From the IMG/VR virus record IMGVR_UViG_3300027659_000017, positions 1-64,000 of that record: 64,000 nucleotides of DNA, one strand, 5' to 3'. The notes beneath the pieces are model-generated. The model searched no databases and had not been told where the DNA came from. It saw nothing but the letters and a program-made list of their open reading frames with translations. The translations under genes and the position numbers were made by a program. The stretch comes from a virus. How positions within the stretch are numbered: position 1 is the first letter of the stretch; every line of letters starts with the position of its first letter. Positions 18,899-28,626 of this stretch are shown piece after piece.

Positions 18899-19915
18899 AT
18901 GGAAAATTTCACAATGGTAGAAGTAGGAGTAGGTAGTATTAAAAAAACATCTATTGCCGTAAGACCTTACTTTGACAAACAAGCATCTAATCTAGGATTA
19001 GAAGAATATGGTATGAGTCTCTTTGATGGAGTAACACATACTGAACAAATTGCATGCTTAGAAAATAATGGAGTAATAAGATACATCACAGGTTTAAATG
19101 AATTTGCACCTGAGATTAAATTACTAACTATGGAAGAAAGAGATGCAAGAGTTAAAGAAATCAGATATTCTGTCTCTGAATTAGAGAAAGAACTTGCTGC
19201 AAATATTATTGATCCTGAAGATAAAGACTTCTGGAATAAAGTAACATTGCTTCAACCAAACAATAAAGAGTTCTGGAATAAAATAGATATGGCATGTGGT
19301 AATGATCCAGTATATCTAGATCCAATTAAACCATTTGATAGAATTAAACTTCATGCTATTGAAGCAGGAGGATTTGCAATGATTGCAAAAAGTTATGATG
19401 ATGCAAGATCAAAAGCAGTTCCACCTAAGTTCTTTTTAGATAAAGAAGAAGAAACTGTAATGGTAAGAACAGAGTACAAAAAACTCCGTAATAAAGCTTA
19501 CTCAGAATTACAGAAATTATTTGACAAGAACAGTACTAAACTATTCTACATTGCTAAAGTTGTAGATGCTAATAGTTCTCAGTATAGAAAATCAACACCA
19601 CTAGACCTTATCTATGAAAATATGGATAGATATATCTCTGGTGAAGGTGCTGAAACCAACAAAGAAAGAGCTGCTAAATCATTTATTGATGCAGTTAATT
19701 TGGACATGGAAACATTAAAAATCAAGTCAATAGTACGAGATTCCAGTTTTTTTAAGTATATTATTAGTAAGCCGGATGGATATATCTATCATAGCAAAAC
19801 AAATAGTTTACTTGGAAGAAATGTATCTGATGTATTAGAGCACTTAAAGAATCCTCTTAATGAAGATATCTTGAAAGATTTGATACTTTCCTGTGAGAAA
19901 TATTGGAATACGTAA
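18899..19915 (+). CDS. conserved post-MCP protein of crAss-like phages
   Basis: 338 aa; synteny. Confidence 0.55.
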   Translation: MENFTMVEVGVGSIKKTSIAVRPYFDKQASNLGLEEYGMSLFDGVTHTEQIACLENNGVIRYITGLNEFAPEIKLLTMEERDARVKEIRYSVSELEKELAANIIDPEDKDFWNKVTLLQPNNKEFWNKIDMACGNDPVYLDPIKPFDRIKLHAIEAGGFAMIAKSYDDARSKAVPPKFFLDKEEETVMVRTEYKKLRNKAYSELQKLFDKNSTKLFYIAKVVDANSSQYRKSTPLDLIYENMDRYISGEGAETNKERAAKSFIDAVNLDMETLKIKSIVRDSSFFKYIISKPDGYIYHSKTNSLLGRNVSDVLEHLKNPLNEDILKDLILSCEKYWNT

Positions 19916-19932
19916 TTTAAATTTAAAATGCA

Positions 19933-20472
19933 ATGAAAGCAAAAACAAAAATGAAAACTGCTAAATATGCAGCAGGAGGTGCAAATGATGATCCTATAAA
20001 GGACTATCTCCAAAAACAAAAGGATAAAAAAAGTAAGATGGGAAGTGATGCTCCTTCTACAACACCAAATCCTAGTAAGTTTGGAACTCCTAAAAAAGAT
20101 AAAAACAATGGATTGGACTATCTTGAGAATGCATCTCAAAATGCTCAGAATGTTAAAAAACCAGGTAAAATTCGTCAGTTGATTGATAAAGTTAAATCTA
20201 ACATGCAACAGAAAAAAACTGAAAAACAAAAGAAACAATTAGCGGCAGGAGTAGGAGCACCCAAAAAGTATGGTACATTACCTCCTCCTCCAATTAAACG
20301 TAAAACAGGTGGTGCGACTATGTACATGACTGGTGGTATGGCTAACTCTAATGCAAAAGTCTTGGCTTCTAAAGTTGCTAAAGGTACTGTTGGTGGTAGT
20401 TCAGTAGCACCTAAAGGGGCTGTTCCTAAAGCTAAGTATGGTACATCTATGAGAGGTAAAAAATCTTGTTAA
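19933..20472 (+). CDS. small basic protein with GG tags
   Basis: K-rich; YAAGG, RKTGG, YMTGG, PKAKYG. Confidence 0.7.
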   Translation: MKAKTKMKTAKYAAGGANDDPIKDYLQKQKDKKSKMGSDAPSTTPNPSKFGTPKKDKNNGLDYLENASQNAQNVKKPGKIRQLIDKVKSNMQQKKTEKQKKQLAAGVGAPKKYGTLPPPPIKRKTGGATMYMTGGMANSNAKVLASKVAKGTVGGSSVAPKGAVPKAKYGTSMRGKKSC

Positions 20473-20473
20473 G

Positions 20474-20812
20474 ATGCCAAAGGATGCTTGCTATACAAAA
20501 GTAAAAGCACAGTATGCAGTCTTTCCTTCAGCAAGAGCTTCTCAAGCAATTGCAAAATGTAGGAAAGGTTCTGGTACTGTGAGAAAAACTAAAGAAGGTT
20601 CAAACCTTAAAAGATGGCAAGCAGAGAAGTGGCAAGATACAAAATCTGGAAAACCTTGTGGGGCCGGTGGTAAAAATGAATACTGCCGGCCAACCAAGAA
20701 AGTATCTAAGGATACACCAAAGACAAAGTATGAACTGACTCCTTCTAAACTATCTGCTAAGAAAGCTGAGAAGTCTAGAGTAGGAATGGGAAGAAGAGTT
20801 AAAAAAGTATAG
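20474..20812 (+). CDS. basic protein, DUF5872-like
   Basis: DACY.KVK..Y.VFPSA.AS..CRK; LKRW..EKW.D..GKPCG; CRP.KKVS..TPKT. Confidence 0.6.
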   Translation: MPKDACYTKVKAQYAVFPSARASQAIAKCRKGSGTVRKTKEGSNLKRWQAEKWQDTKSGKPCGAGGKNEYCRPTKKVSKDTPKTKYELTPSKLSAKKAEKSRVGMGRRVKKV

Positions 20813-20814
20813 TT

Positions 20815-21096
20815 ATGGCAAAGACAGCAGCATGGACCAGAAAAGAAGGTAAGAACCCTACAGGAGGTCTTAATGCTAAAGGTGTTGCATCTTATAGAGC
20901 AGCTAACCCTGGTAGTAAACTTAAGACAGCTGTAACTACAAAACCATCAAAATTAGATCCTGACAGCAAATCTGCAAAAAGAAGAAAGAGTTTCTGTAGT
21001 AGAATGTCTGGGATGAAAAAGAAACTTACAAGCTCTAAGACAGCTAATGATCCTAACTCAAGGATCAATAAGTCTTTACGAAAGTGGAATTGTTAA
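20815..21096 (+). CDS. basic protein, DUF6321-like
   Basis: AWTRKEGKNP.GGLNAKG..RRKSFC.RM.G..DPNSRINKSLRKWNC. Confidence 0.65.
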   Translation: MAKTAAWTRKEGKNPTGGLNAKGVASYRAANPGSKLKTAVTTKPSKLDPDSKSAKRRKSFCSRMSGMKKKLTSSKTANDPNSRINKSLRKWNC

Positions 21097-21108
21097 AATA
21101 ATATAGTC

Positions 21109-21960
21109 ATGGCAAAATGTATGCAATGTGGTGGAATGAAAAAAGCCAAAGTAGGTACTGTTGTAGATAATGAACCTTCTAAAAGAGAGGTAAGAAAGTC
21201 TATGAGAGCAATTAATAAAATGGACCGTGAAGACAAACGGTGGAACAGAAGATATGAAAAACAACTTGCAAAGGACGAAAGAAAAACTAATAAAATAAAA
21301 GCAGAAGAACTTATGAAATCTGATAGATGGAAAACTGCCGGAACAGGTAAAGCCGTACAAATGAAGAAAGGTGGTATTACACAAGATATTGTTGGTATGC
21401 CTGGTTATAATGCAACTTTGTATCCTACCTCCTTTAAAAGCGGAGGAGTTAAAAAGAAAACAAGTTTGAAAAGAGCTAATGACGGCATGATTGTTAAAAA
21501 TAATAAAGTTATTGATAGATCAAAAATTTCTGTAACAAGAGATGATGGAACTCAAGTTAATGCCAAACTTAAAACTGTTTGGGATAACAAAGGTACAAAG
21601 GAACAGCCCTATATGACTAATCAAAAAAATAAAAGTAGAATAACAGAAATTAGTCCTACAGGTAAAAAAACCACTAAAGTTACTAAAACCAATAGTGATG
21701 GTGAAACAAAAACTAGAAAGGCAATAATTCCTGTTAGGAAAACTGGTGGAGCTAAATTACAAAGACGTGACAATGGAGGACCAAATAAAATTCCTATGAT
21801 TGGATCTGCAAAATCTAAAGCTGACAAAGCTACAATTATGAATCCCGAAAATAAATATGCATTAGGGGGATCAAGTTCTCCAGTTAGCCATGGATGTCCT
21901 CCAGGAACAGCAAGATTATCTAATGGTGGTTGTGGCACAAGAGAAAGATTTGGTGGATAA
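21109..21960 (+). CDS. basic low-complexity protein with ~8 GG/AxxG tags
   Basis: K-rich, modular between tags. Confidence 0.7.
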   Translation: MAKCMQCGGMKKAKVGTVVDNEPSKREVRKSMRAINKMDREDKRWNRRYEKQLAKDERKTNKIKAEELMKSDRWKTAGTGKAVQMKKGGITQDIVGMPGYNATLYPTSFKSGGVKKKTSLKRANDGMIVKNNKVIDRSKISVTRDDGTQVNAKLKTVWDNKGTKEQPYMTNQKNKSRITEISPTGKKTTKVTKTNSDGETKTRKAIIPVRKTGGAKLQRRDNGGPNKIPMIGSAKSKADKATIMNPENKYALGGSSSPVSHGCPPGTARLSNGGCGTRERFGG

Positions 21961-21962
21961 TC

Positions 21963-22112
21963 ATGGCTACTAAAAAGAAAGATGATAAGTGGATTCAAAA
22001 AGCTGTGAATCCTAAACATAAGGGTTACTGCACTCCTATGTCAAAACCTACATGTACTCCTAAGAGAGCTGCATTAGCAAGGACTTTTAAACAAATGGCT
22101 AAAAATAAATAA
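21963..22112 (+). CDS. small basic protein (KWIQKAV..RAALARTF)
   Basis: ATG 21963, 49 aa; motif common in aquatic phages. Confidence 0.65.
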   Translation: MATKKKDDKWIQKAVNPKHKGYCTPMSKPTCTPKRAALARTFKQMAKNK

Positions 22113-22113
22113 G

Positions 22114-22734
22114 ATGAAAACAAATAAAACTAAGAAAGGTCCATTGGGTACACCACTTGGAAACCCATTGGGGTATTTCAATTCTCAAAAAGCAAAGAGA
22201 AATGAACCATTGCAGAAAGCTCGTGATGGTAGAATTCAACAACTAAATGATATGAATCCAAATTATACAATGGATCCATCTAATGGTGCTGCAGTTCCAA
22301 GATCTTTTAATCGTCCTGTAAAAGAAGGACCATTATCTGAAGCAACTGATAATGGAGGTACTACAGATCCCAACAAATATGTAATGAACAAAACCAATGT
22401 TTTTGGAAAGCTCAAGCATAAAGAAATTTCTAAAAATAAATTTGATAGAGTTTCTAAAAGATATGGTAAGCAAGAAGGTTCAGAACAATTTGGTAGCAGT
22501 AATTCTATTGGTCAACAAATCATAAGTGGTAAAAAACCAAATAACTCTGTTAGTAGAGAAGATCAAGTAAGACTTGCTGAATTAGAGAAATTTAAAAATC
22601 CTGGTTCATCATTTAAACAAGGAGGTACTACTAAAGCTGCAAAGTTTGCTGCACTGGCTAAACCATTTGACAAAGCTACAGCTGCTGATAGAATTGCCGG
22701 AGCAAACAAGAAGAAGAATAAAAGAAAAAAATAA
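22114..22734 (+). CDS. basic protein with GG tags
   Basis: LQKARDG, FKQGG; KFAALAKPFDKAT.ADRIAGA tail. Confidence 0.7.
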   Translation: MKTNKTKKGPLGTPLGNPLGYFNSQKAKRNEPLQKARDGRIQQLNDMNPNYTMDPSNGAAVPRSFNRPVKEGPLSEATDNGGTTDPNKYVMNKTNVFGKLKHKEISKNKFDRVSKRYGKQEGSEQFGSSNSIGQQIISGKKPNNSVSREDQVRLAELEKFKNPGSSFKQGGTTKAAKFAALAKPFDKATAADRIAGANKKKNKRKK

Positions 22735-22737
22735 GAC

Positions 22738-23436
22738 ATGTTAAATAGTACTATAACCATTAAAATGAAGCAAAGGCTGAACAAGCTTGACAGTCAGGAT
22801 TATGACAACATAAACTGCTGGCAAGTTGTTGAGGCTTTTAATAAAGCTCAGGTAGAATGGGTTAGAAGACAATTACATGGAATTAATGTTGTCAAAGAAG
22901 GTGATGAACAATCAACCCGAAGAAAGGATGACTTGCAAAAATTATTGATTAAAGAACCGGTTTCTTCTGTAAAGAAAGATGGATACTATGAGGGAAATCT
23001 TCCTGAGAATTATTTACAATGGAAACGTGTGGATGTATATGCAAACAAAGACTGTTGTGACAAAAGAAGAATGACAGTGTATCTTGCAGAAGAAGGTAAT
23101 CTTAATCAACTCTTGAGAGATAAAGCAAAACAACCTAACTTTGACTGGGCAGAAACATTTGCCACATTAATCAATAACACAGTACATCTTTATACAAACA
23201 ATGAATTTGAAATTGGAGATTCTTATTTGACATACTACAGACAACCAATTAAAATCCAAATTCAAAACTGTTCGGATCCTTATACCGGGATTACTTCTAC
23301 AGCAGAAGTACAATCTGAATTCAAAGATGATATAATAGAATTAATAATTGATGAAGCAGTAAGTATAATTGCCGGGGATATTGAATCAGGTAATCAGTTC
23401 TCAAGAAACCAAGAAACTGCTGAACGTAACAACTAG
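22738..23436 (+). CDS. putative head-tail connector/ring protein
   Basis: NKLDS..FNKAQ..LP.NYL..YYRQP..IIDEAV pattern of podo/crAss ring proteins. Confidence 0.6.
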   Translation: MLNSTITIKMKQRLNKLDSQDYDNINCWQVVEAFNKAQVEWVRRQLHGINVVKEGDEQSTRRKDDLQKLLIKEPVSSVKKDGYYEGNLPENYLQWKRVDVYANKDCCDKRRMTVYLAEEGNLNQLLRDKAKQPNFDWAETFATLINNTVHLYTNNEFEIGDSYLTYYRQPIKIQIQNCSDPYTGITSTAEVQSEFKDDIIELIIDEAVSIIAGDIESGNQFSRNQETAERNN

Positions 23437-23441
23437 AAGTA

Positions 23442-23942
23442 ATGAATAAACCAAGAATGTTAAAAAGAAGTTCAGAGACAACTTCAATACCTACTCCAAT
23501 GATGCCTAAGCCACAATCCATTAAACCAGAACCTACAGCAAATACAGGTGTAGGAGGTAGTTCATTAGATAACATGGTTGCTGCTTGTGCTATGGAACTT
23601 ATGAATGCAAGAAACAGTTTTCATAAACTTCATCTTAAAGTTACTGGAGAAGGTTCCTATGCTGCACATATTGCTATTGGAGATTTTTATGATGGTTTAC
23701 CTGGGCATGCAGATACTCTTGTAGAAAGTTATCAAGGTGTAACAGAAAAGATTCTTGCATGCAAAGATGTAGCATGTAGAACTCTAGATACTGTAGCAGA
23801 TGGTATTTCCTATCTTAGAGATATATATGCTATGATTACTAAATTACAGGGTATGTTACCATACTCAGAAATTGTAAATAATCTAGATCTTGTAAAAGAT
23901 TCAATTAACTCAACCAAATACAAATTAATTTTCTTGAAATAA
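23442..23942 (+). CDS. ferritin/Dps-like four-helix protein (DUF5856-like)
   Basis: HKLHL..SYAAHIAIGDFYD..D.LVESYQG..TKYKLIFL. Confidence 0.75.
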   Translation: MNKPRMLKRSSETTSIPTPMMPKPQSIKPEPTANTGVGGSSLDNMVAACAMELMNARNSFHKLHLKVTGEGSYAAHIAIGDFYDGLPGHADTLVESYQGVTEKILACKDVACRTLDTVADGISYLRDIYAMITKLQGMLPYSEIVNNLDLVKDSINSTKYKLIFLK

Positions 23943-23944
23943 TT

Positions 23945-23973
23945 TTGATTTCTCGGAAACTTTTGTTATATTA
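23945..23973 (+). promoter_or_regulatory. putative late promoter TTG-N19-TATATTA
   Basis: recurrent intergenic motif. Confidence 0.5.
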
Positions 23974-24004
23974 TAATATATTTATTAATTAAAAAACAAA
24001 CAAA

Positions 24005-25360
24005 ATGAGTTACTTTAATCATGCCTTTAAGAAAACTTTTGTGGCAACACAAGGGATTTCTACATTGAGCGGGGTTCAATTAGGTACATCTACTGCAAAC
24101 ATGTTGAGTGCTGGAGAGATTACCTTTATTAACCCTACAAATTATGAAGTTGAACCAGATCCAACAGATATTGATTGTTGTGATTTGATCTTGGCTGCAG
24201 GATCTTTGATGAGAAATGATAAGATTGGTCCATTTGCTGGAGGTTACCTTGAGTCTAACAAATCTAAAACTGTTAGATCAAAGTATGTAAGCAAGTTGTA
24301 CTATTCTCCAGCTAATGCTGCTCAAAGATATATTACTCACGTTGGATTGACTCCTTGGACAGATGTAAATCCTCCAGTAAGCAGCAATCCTGGTGAAACA
24401 GCTGGTAACTGTTGTAAAAATTTCTTGTGTGGTGAAACTTACTATCTACGTTTAGATGTTAAAGGTTCTCCTGCAATGAGATTGTTGAACCACAACTCTT
24501 ACTTGACTCTTGAAGCTTATACAGGATGTTGTCCAGATTCTCCAGATGATCCCCTTATTGCACCAATTGCAACTGATCCAGTATTGGTTTATATTCAATG
24601 GGCAAATCAAATCTTGAGATCTCCGTTGATGAATGGATTTGTATATCCAGTAGTTATTGATAATAACTTGGATGCATGGTATCCTCCAGGAACTCCAGCT
24701 GCTACAGTACTTGCTTTAGGTGGTGTTGGTACTTGGGATAACTATTCTTCTCCTGTTGGACCATACGATACTAACTGTGGTGGTTTAGTTCTTAACGGAG
24801 CTTACTATGAAACTAAATTTGATAACTGTACTTTCCAAGTTACAGACTTCTATGAAGTTGAGCCACTTAGAGTATATGCTTCTGAAGTAGATTTGAATGG
24901 TGCACCATGTGAATTCCAAGCACTTTGTGTAGGAGTTGAATGTTATGGTCGTCAAGCAAATGGACTTGGAGAAACAGTTGTACGTGATGTAATCTTGTCA
25001 GAATCTTACAGACAAAATCACTTCTCTACTGACTTCCGTATCAGAGAGATCACTCAAGGGTATGACATTCTTAATGCTGCTGGTGTATCTCGTACAGGTT
25101 TGTATGATAGAATCTACTTGCAACATAATGTTCCAAGATTGTACAATCCATCAGGAACATTTGACAATGATCAATACTTGTTAGAGATCATTGTACCAGT
25201 TGGAGATCCAGATAGTGTATTTCGTGTATTGGGAGATTGGTTGACAGCATGTAATGCTGAGTGTTCAATCTTGGAAAATGGTATTGGTATTCCATGTGCA
25301 ACACCTGTAGTTCCAATTCCAGGTGATCCGATTCCGGTTCCACCACCACCGTTACCATAA
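24005..25360 (+). CDS. abundant structural protein (capsid auxiliary or tail)
   Basis: own promoter and terminator, MCP-like codon bias, Cys/Pro-rich. Confidence 0.55.
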   Translation: MSYFNHAFKKTFVATQGISTLSGVQLGTSTANMLSAGEITFINPTNYEVEPDPTDIDCCDLILAAGSLMRNDKIGPFAGGYLESNKSKTVRSKYVSKLYYSPANAAQRYITHVGLTPWTDVNPPVSSNPGETAGNCCKNFLCGETYYLRLDVKGSPAMRLLNHNSYLTLEAYTGCCPDSPDDPLIAPIATDPVLVYIQWANQILRSPLMNGFVYPVVIDNNLDAWYPPGTPAATVLALGGVGTWDNYSSPVGPYDTNCGGLVLNGAYYETKFDNCTFQVTDFYEVEPLRVYASEVDLNGAPCEFQALCVGVECYGRQANGLGETVVRDVILSESYRQNHFSTDFRIREITQGYDILNAAGVSRTGLYDRIYLQHNVPRLYNPSGTFDNDQYLLEIIVPVGDPDSVFRVLGDWLTACNAECSILENGIGIPCATPVVPIPGDPIPVPPPPLP

Positions 25361-25381
25361 TCTGAATAACTATAAACTCAT

Positions 25382-25421
25382 AAAAGGAGAGTGAGAGTCT
25401 AATCTTTCCTCTCCTTTTTTT
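25382..25421 (+). terminator. intrinsic terminator
   Basis: aaaaggagag/ctctcctttt stem plus T-run. Confidence 0.75.
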
Positions 25422-25432
25422 ATATAATTACT

Positions 25433-25975
25433 ATGGCAAATCATGTTTTAAGTTTGGAAATACCTACTGTATCAAATCCTTGTGTATTAAAGATATTTGA
25501 TACAAGTGTATATTCTCCATTAGTGGGATTACAGAATCCAAGATTAGAAGTCGTAGTCCCTGGATTTACATACACGGCTGAATTGCCATTTGTACCAGAG
25601 TCTAGTCCAACATTGACTGCTTGTGACTTAGGTCTACAAACAACAAATTGTGGTACTAGTTATGTAAACTTACCTGATGGTATTTATGGTATTAAATACA
25701 TAGTAGATCCATCATGTCAAGTTTATGTTCAGTATAATCATTTGAGAATTACATGTGCATTGAATACATATGAAAAGATTTTATGCCGTCTCTCTGTTGC
25801 TGATTGTGATCCACCAGCTAAAGTAAAGCAAAAACTAAGAGATCTCAATTTGATTTATATGTACTTACAAGCTGCTAAAGCAAAAGTAGAAACATGTCAT
25901 GAGAATCAGGAAGGTATGACATTATTTAATTACGCAGTCAAACTTTTGAATAAGTTTGAATGTAAGAATTGTTAA
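25433..25975 (+). CDS. putative structural (tail hub/ring) protein
   Basis: DTSVY..LPDGIY.IKY pattern; Cys-rich. Confidence 0.55.
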   Translation: MANHVLSLEIPTVSNPCVLKIFDTSVYSPLVGLQNPRLEVVVPGFTYTAELPFVPESSPTLTACDLGLQTTNCGTSYVNLPDGIYGIKYIVDPSCQVYVQYNHLRITCALNTYEKILCRLSVADCDPPAKVKQKLRDLNLIYMYLQAAKAKVETCHENQEGMTLFNYAVKLLNKFECKNC

Positions 25976-25993
25976 ACCCAAAAAACCAACAAA

Positions 25994-26188
25994 ATGAGTA
26001 AATGTCCAAATTGTGGAGCCCCGTTAAGTTGTGGCTGCCAAAAAAAGAAAGCTTCAAATGGAACATTAGTGTGTGCTAACTGCATAACAAAGTATGAAAG
26101 AACACTTTTAACTGAACCATCTGTACTTACTGATTTAGCAAAGAATGTGGGCCGGTATAAAAACTTAGAAAAGTTTATAAAGAAATGA
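25994..26188 (+). CDS. small Cys-rich protein
   Basis: CPNC..SCGCQ..CANC. Confidence 0.65.
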   Translation: MSKCPNCGAPLSCGCQKKKASNGTLVCANCITKYERTLLTEPSVLTDLAKNVGRYKNLEKFIKK

Positions 26189-28599
26189 CAGTAATAGCTA
26201 CACCAATAGTAACAAATGTTATAAAGTTTGTTGAATGCTGTACAGGAGCAGAAATCTTTTTTAGAGGTTCTATTCCTGTAATAGATAATGTAACTTACTT
26301 TTTTGCTGGAGCTACACCTTTTCCTGGGACAGGTGGAGTATTGATGCCAGATACATGTTATACAGCATACAATCTATATGTAGATAATGCAGTATATCCT
26401 TTTCCACCAGCTATTAGTCAATTCATTAATTCAAAGATTGGTTGTACAGATTTAATGTGTCCATCATGTACTCCTATCGTGATACTACCATGTTACATGA
26501 TTATACCTTGTGATGGTACGGCACCTATTGTTTCAAATAATCAAGACTTTGCAGATACAGTAAATACATTTGCTGAAGTATTTAGTACACTCTATGCAGG
26601 ATGTGCATACATTGTAGAACTCACAGATAATGATTGTGAAGATGCAATTGATGTAGTACTGGTGAATAAAGTATGTAGAGCAGTATGTGATGTAAAATGT
26701 TACTATGTAGATAATAGTAATGGTGTATTATATGTAGATGCAGATGGTGCACTACAACAACTGTCGGCATTAGAAGCAAAACCATATGTAAAGATTTGTT
26801 CTAGTGTATATCCGGTTGTAGATATAAGTTCTGATAACTACCAGATTATAGATCTTGGTCTTTGTGATGTGGATGGTTGTCCTCAATTATGTTTTAAACT
26901 TACTAATTGTGATACTGAAGAAGTAATTTATACTAATTCAGATTCAGTATTACCTTACTTATATAGTCCAAATGCAGTAGTCAAAGTACTTGGAAAAGAA
27001 GGTTGTTGGACAGTATCAAATCTTGAAGAAGGGGATATATGTGATTGTCCAATTGATGTAGTAATAGTATCAAGTTATATTGATTGTCTAGCATGTCTTG
27101 GTTACACTAGTTATAAACTTACAAGCTGTGATAGCACCGATGTAATTTATACTCTAGATGATCTTTCTCAATATCTAACACAAACAATTAAACTTAATTG
27201 TGGTTGTTACACAATTGAACAGTTAGATGTATTACCTCCTAATGTACAGTCTGTATATGTAGAAGATACATTTAAATCATGTACAGAATGTCTTAGAACA
27301 TACTGGAAACTTACTGATTGTACAGGAGTAGCAAATGATATTTATACCTATTCTGATCTAGCCGAATATGATGGTGGAATAATTAAAATAGAAAACTGTG
27401 ATACTTGCTGGAGAGTTCTTCCTACTACAGAACACATCAATCCTACAACGGTAACCGTAGTAGAGTCTTTTGAAGAATGTATTGATTGTATTGAAAATCT
27501 ACTGCCATGTCAGTGTAGTACTATTTCTAACTACTCAATATATACTAAGAAGTATGACTATCTAGATTGTGAATTTAATCAAGGTACAATTACATTAGAA
27601 TCTGGAGAGACAAGTGAAAGAATGTGTGTATTGTATTGGTATCCAAATGTATATTGTGATTGTTTCTTAATAGAATTAAGGGTTGAAATTACTATTGGTG
27701 ACTTTCAATATTTTATATTCAAAGCAGAATCAAATGGAACTTTGTTAAATGGATTCCCAGTATACACAGTATGTCCACCATTTTCAACATGTGGTACAGT
27801 TTCTTTTGATGGAACTACATGGGTACTATATGATAACTTAGGAGTTGCAACTTTTATTCTTTCTGATCTTACTTCTACATCATGTCCTTTTGGTACTTGG
27901 CTTGATCCAAATGGGGAACCTATAGATAATACAGTTATAAGTAGTTATGCATGTCCAGACAGATGTACTTGCATTAACTTAGAAGTAAATGAATCTGGTA
28001 CTATAATAGACTATACTCTGCCAATTGAAGATTATGATGATAATGGTAATCCAATTTATAGTGATGGTACAGTATCATTAACCTATGATACAGATAGCAA
28101 TTGTTGGGGAATATATTATGGATCTAGTCAGTTTCCTACAGCTACAATGTGTGGGATGTTAACTGCATCATGTCCATTAGGAATATTTGTTGGTCAATCT
28201 ACAACTACATATGTAACTACTGACTGTACAGTAACTCCATTACCACCAGCATTAGAAGCTACAGATATTGTAAAGTATTTTGGATTGTGTCAGCAAGGAG
28301 TTTGTCCTCCTCCTGTTTTTGTAAATAACAGAACAGTTAGACCGGGATACAATACTCCAATATGTACACCTGCAAAGTATGATGCAATTACATGCAGTTT
28401 TGCAGATGCAATGTATAGACTGGTTCTTGAAAAAAGATATGGGATTACAAACTGTTGTGCAGAAGAAAATGAAAATGCAATAGTTCAAAAAGAACTTATA
28501 GATCTGCAAGCATTGAGAGATCCAAATTATAAATGTCCAGATTGTCCTTGTCCATGTAACTCTGGAAAAACATGTTCTACTTGCAAGTGTGGAAATTAA
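26185..28599 (+). CDS. Cys-rich repeat structural protein
   Basis: tandem KLTxC..IYT..C(W/Y)..CxxC repeats. Confidence 0.7.
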   Translation: MTVIATPIVTNVIKFVECCTGAEIFFRGSIPVIDNVTYFFAGATPFPGTGGVLMPDTCYTAYNLYVDNAVYPFPPAISQFINSKIGCTDLMCPSCTPIVILPCYMIIPCDGTAPIVSNNQDFADTVNTFAEVFSTLYAGCAYIVELTDNDCEDAIDVVLVNKVCRAVCDVKCYYVDNSNGVLYVDADGALQQLSALEAKPYVKICSSVYPVVDISSDNYQIIDLGLCDVDGCPQLCFKLTNCDTEEVIYTNSDSVLPYLYSPNAVVKVLGKEGCWTVSNLEEGDICDCPIDVVIVSSYIDCLACLGYTSYKLTSCDSTDVIYTLDDLSQYLTQTIKLNCGCYTIEQLDVLPPNVQSVYVEDTFKSCTECLRTYWKLTDCTGVANDIYTYSDLAEYDGGIIKIENCDTCWRVLPTTEHINPTTVTVVESFEECIDCIENLLPCQCSTISNYSIYTKKYDYLDCEFNQGTITLESGETSERMCVLYWYPNVYCDCFLIELRVEITIGDFQYFIFKAESNGTLLNGFPVYTVCPPFSTCGTVSFDGTTWVLYDNLGVATFILSDLTSTSCPFGTWLDPNGEPIDNTVISSYACPDRCTCINLEVNESGTIIDYTLPIEDYDDNGNPIYSDGTVSLTYDTDSNCWGIYYGSSQFPTATMCGMLTASCPLGIFVGQSTTTYVTTDCTVTPLPPALEATDIVKYFGLCQQGVCPPPVFVNNRTVRPGYNTPICTPAKYDAITCSFADAMYRLVLEKRYGITNCCAEENENAIVQKELIDLQALRDPNYKCPDCPCPCNSGKTCSTCKCGN

Positions 28600-28610
28600 T
28601 TTGTATATTA
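28581..28610 (+). promoter_or_regulatory. putative late promoter TTG-N20-TATATTA
   Basis: recurrent motif before ATG 28627. Confidence 0.5.
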
Positions 28611-28626
28611 TAAATAGAAGAAAAAT

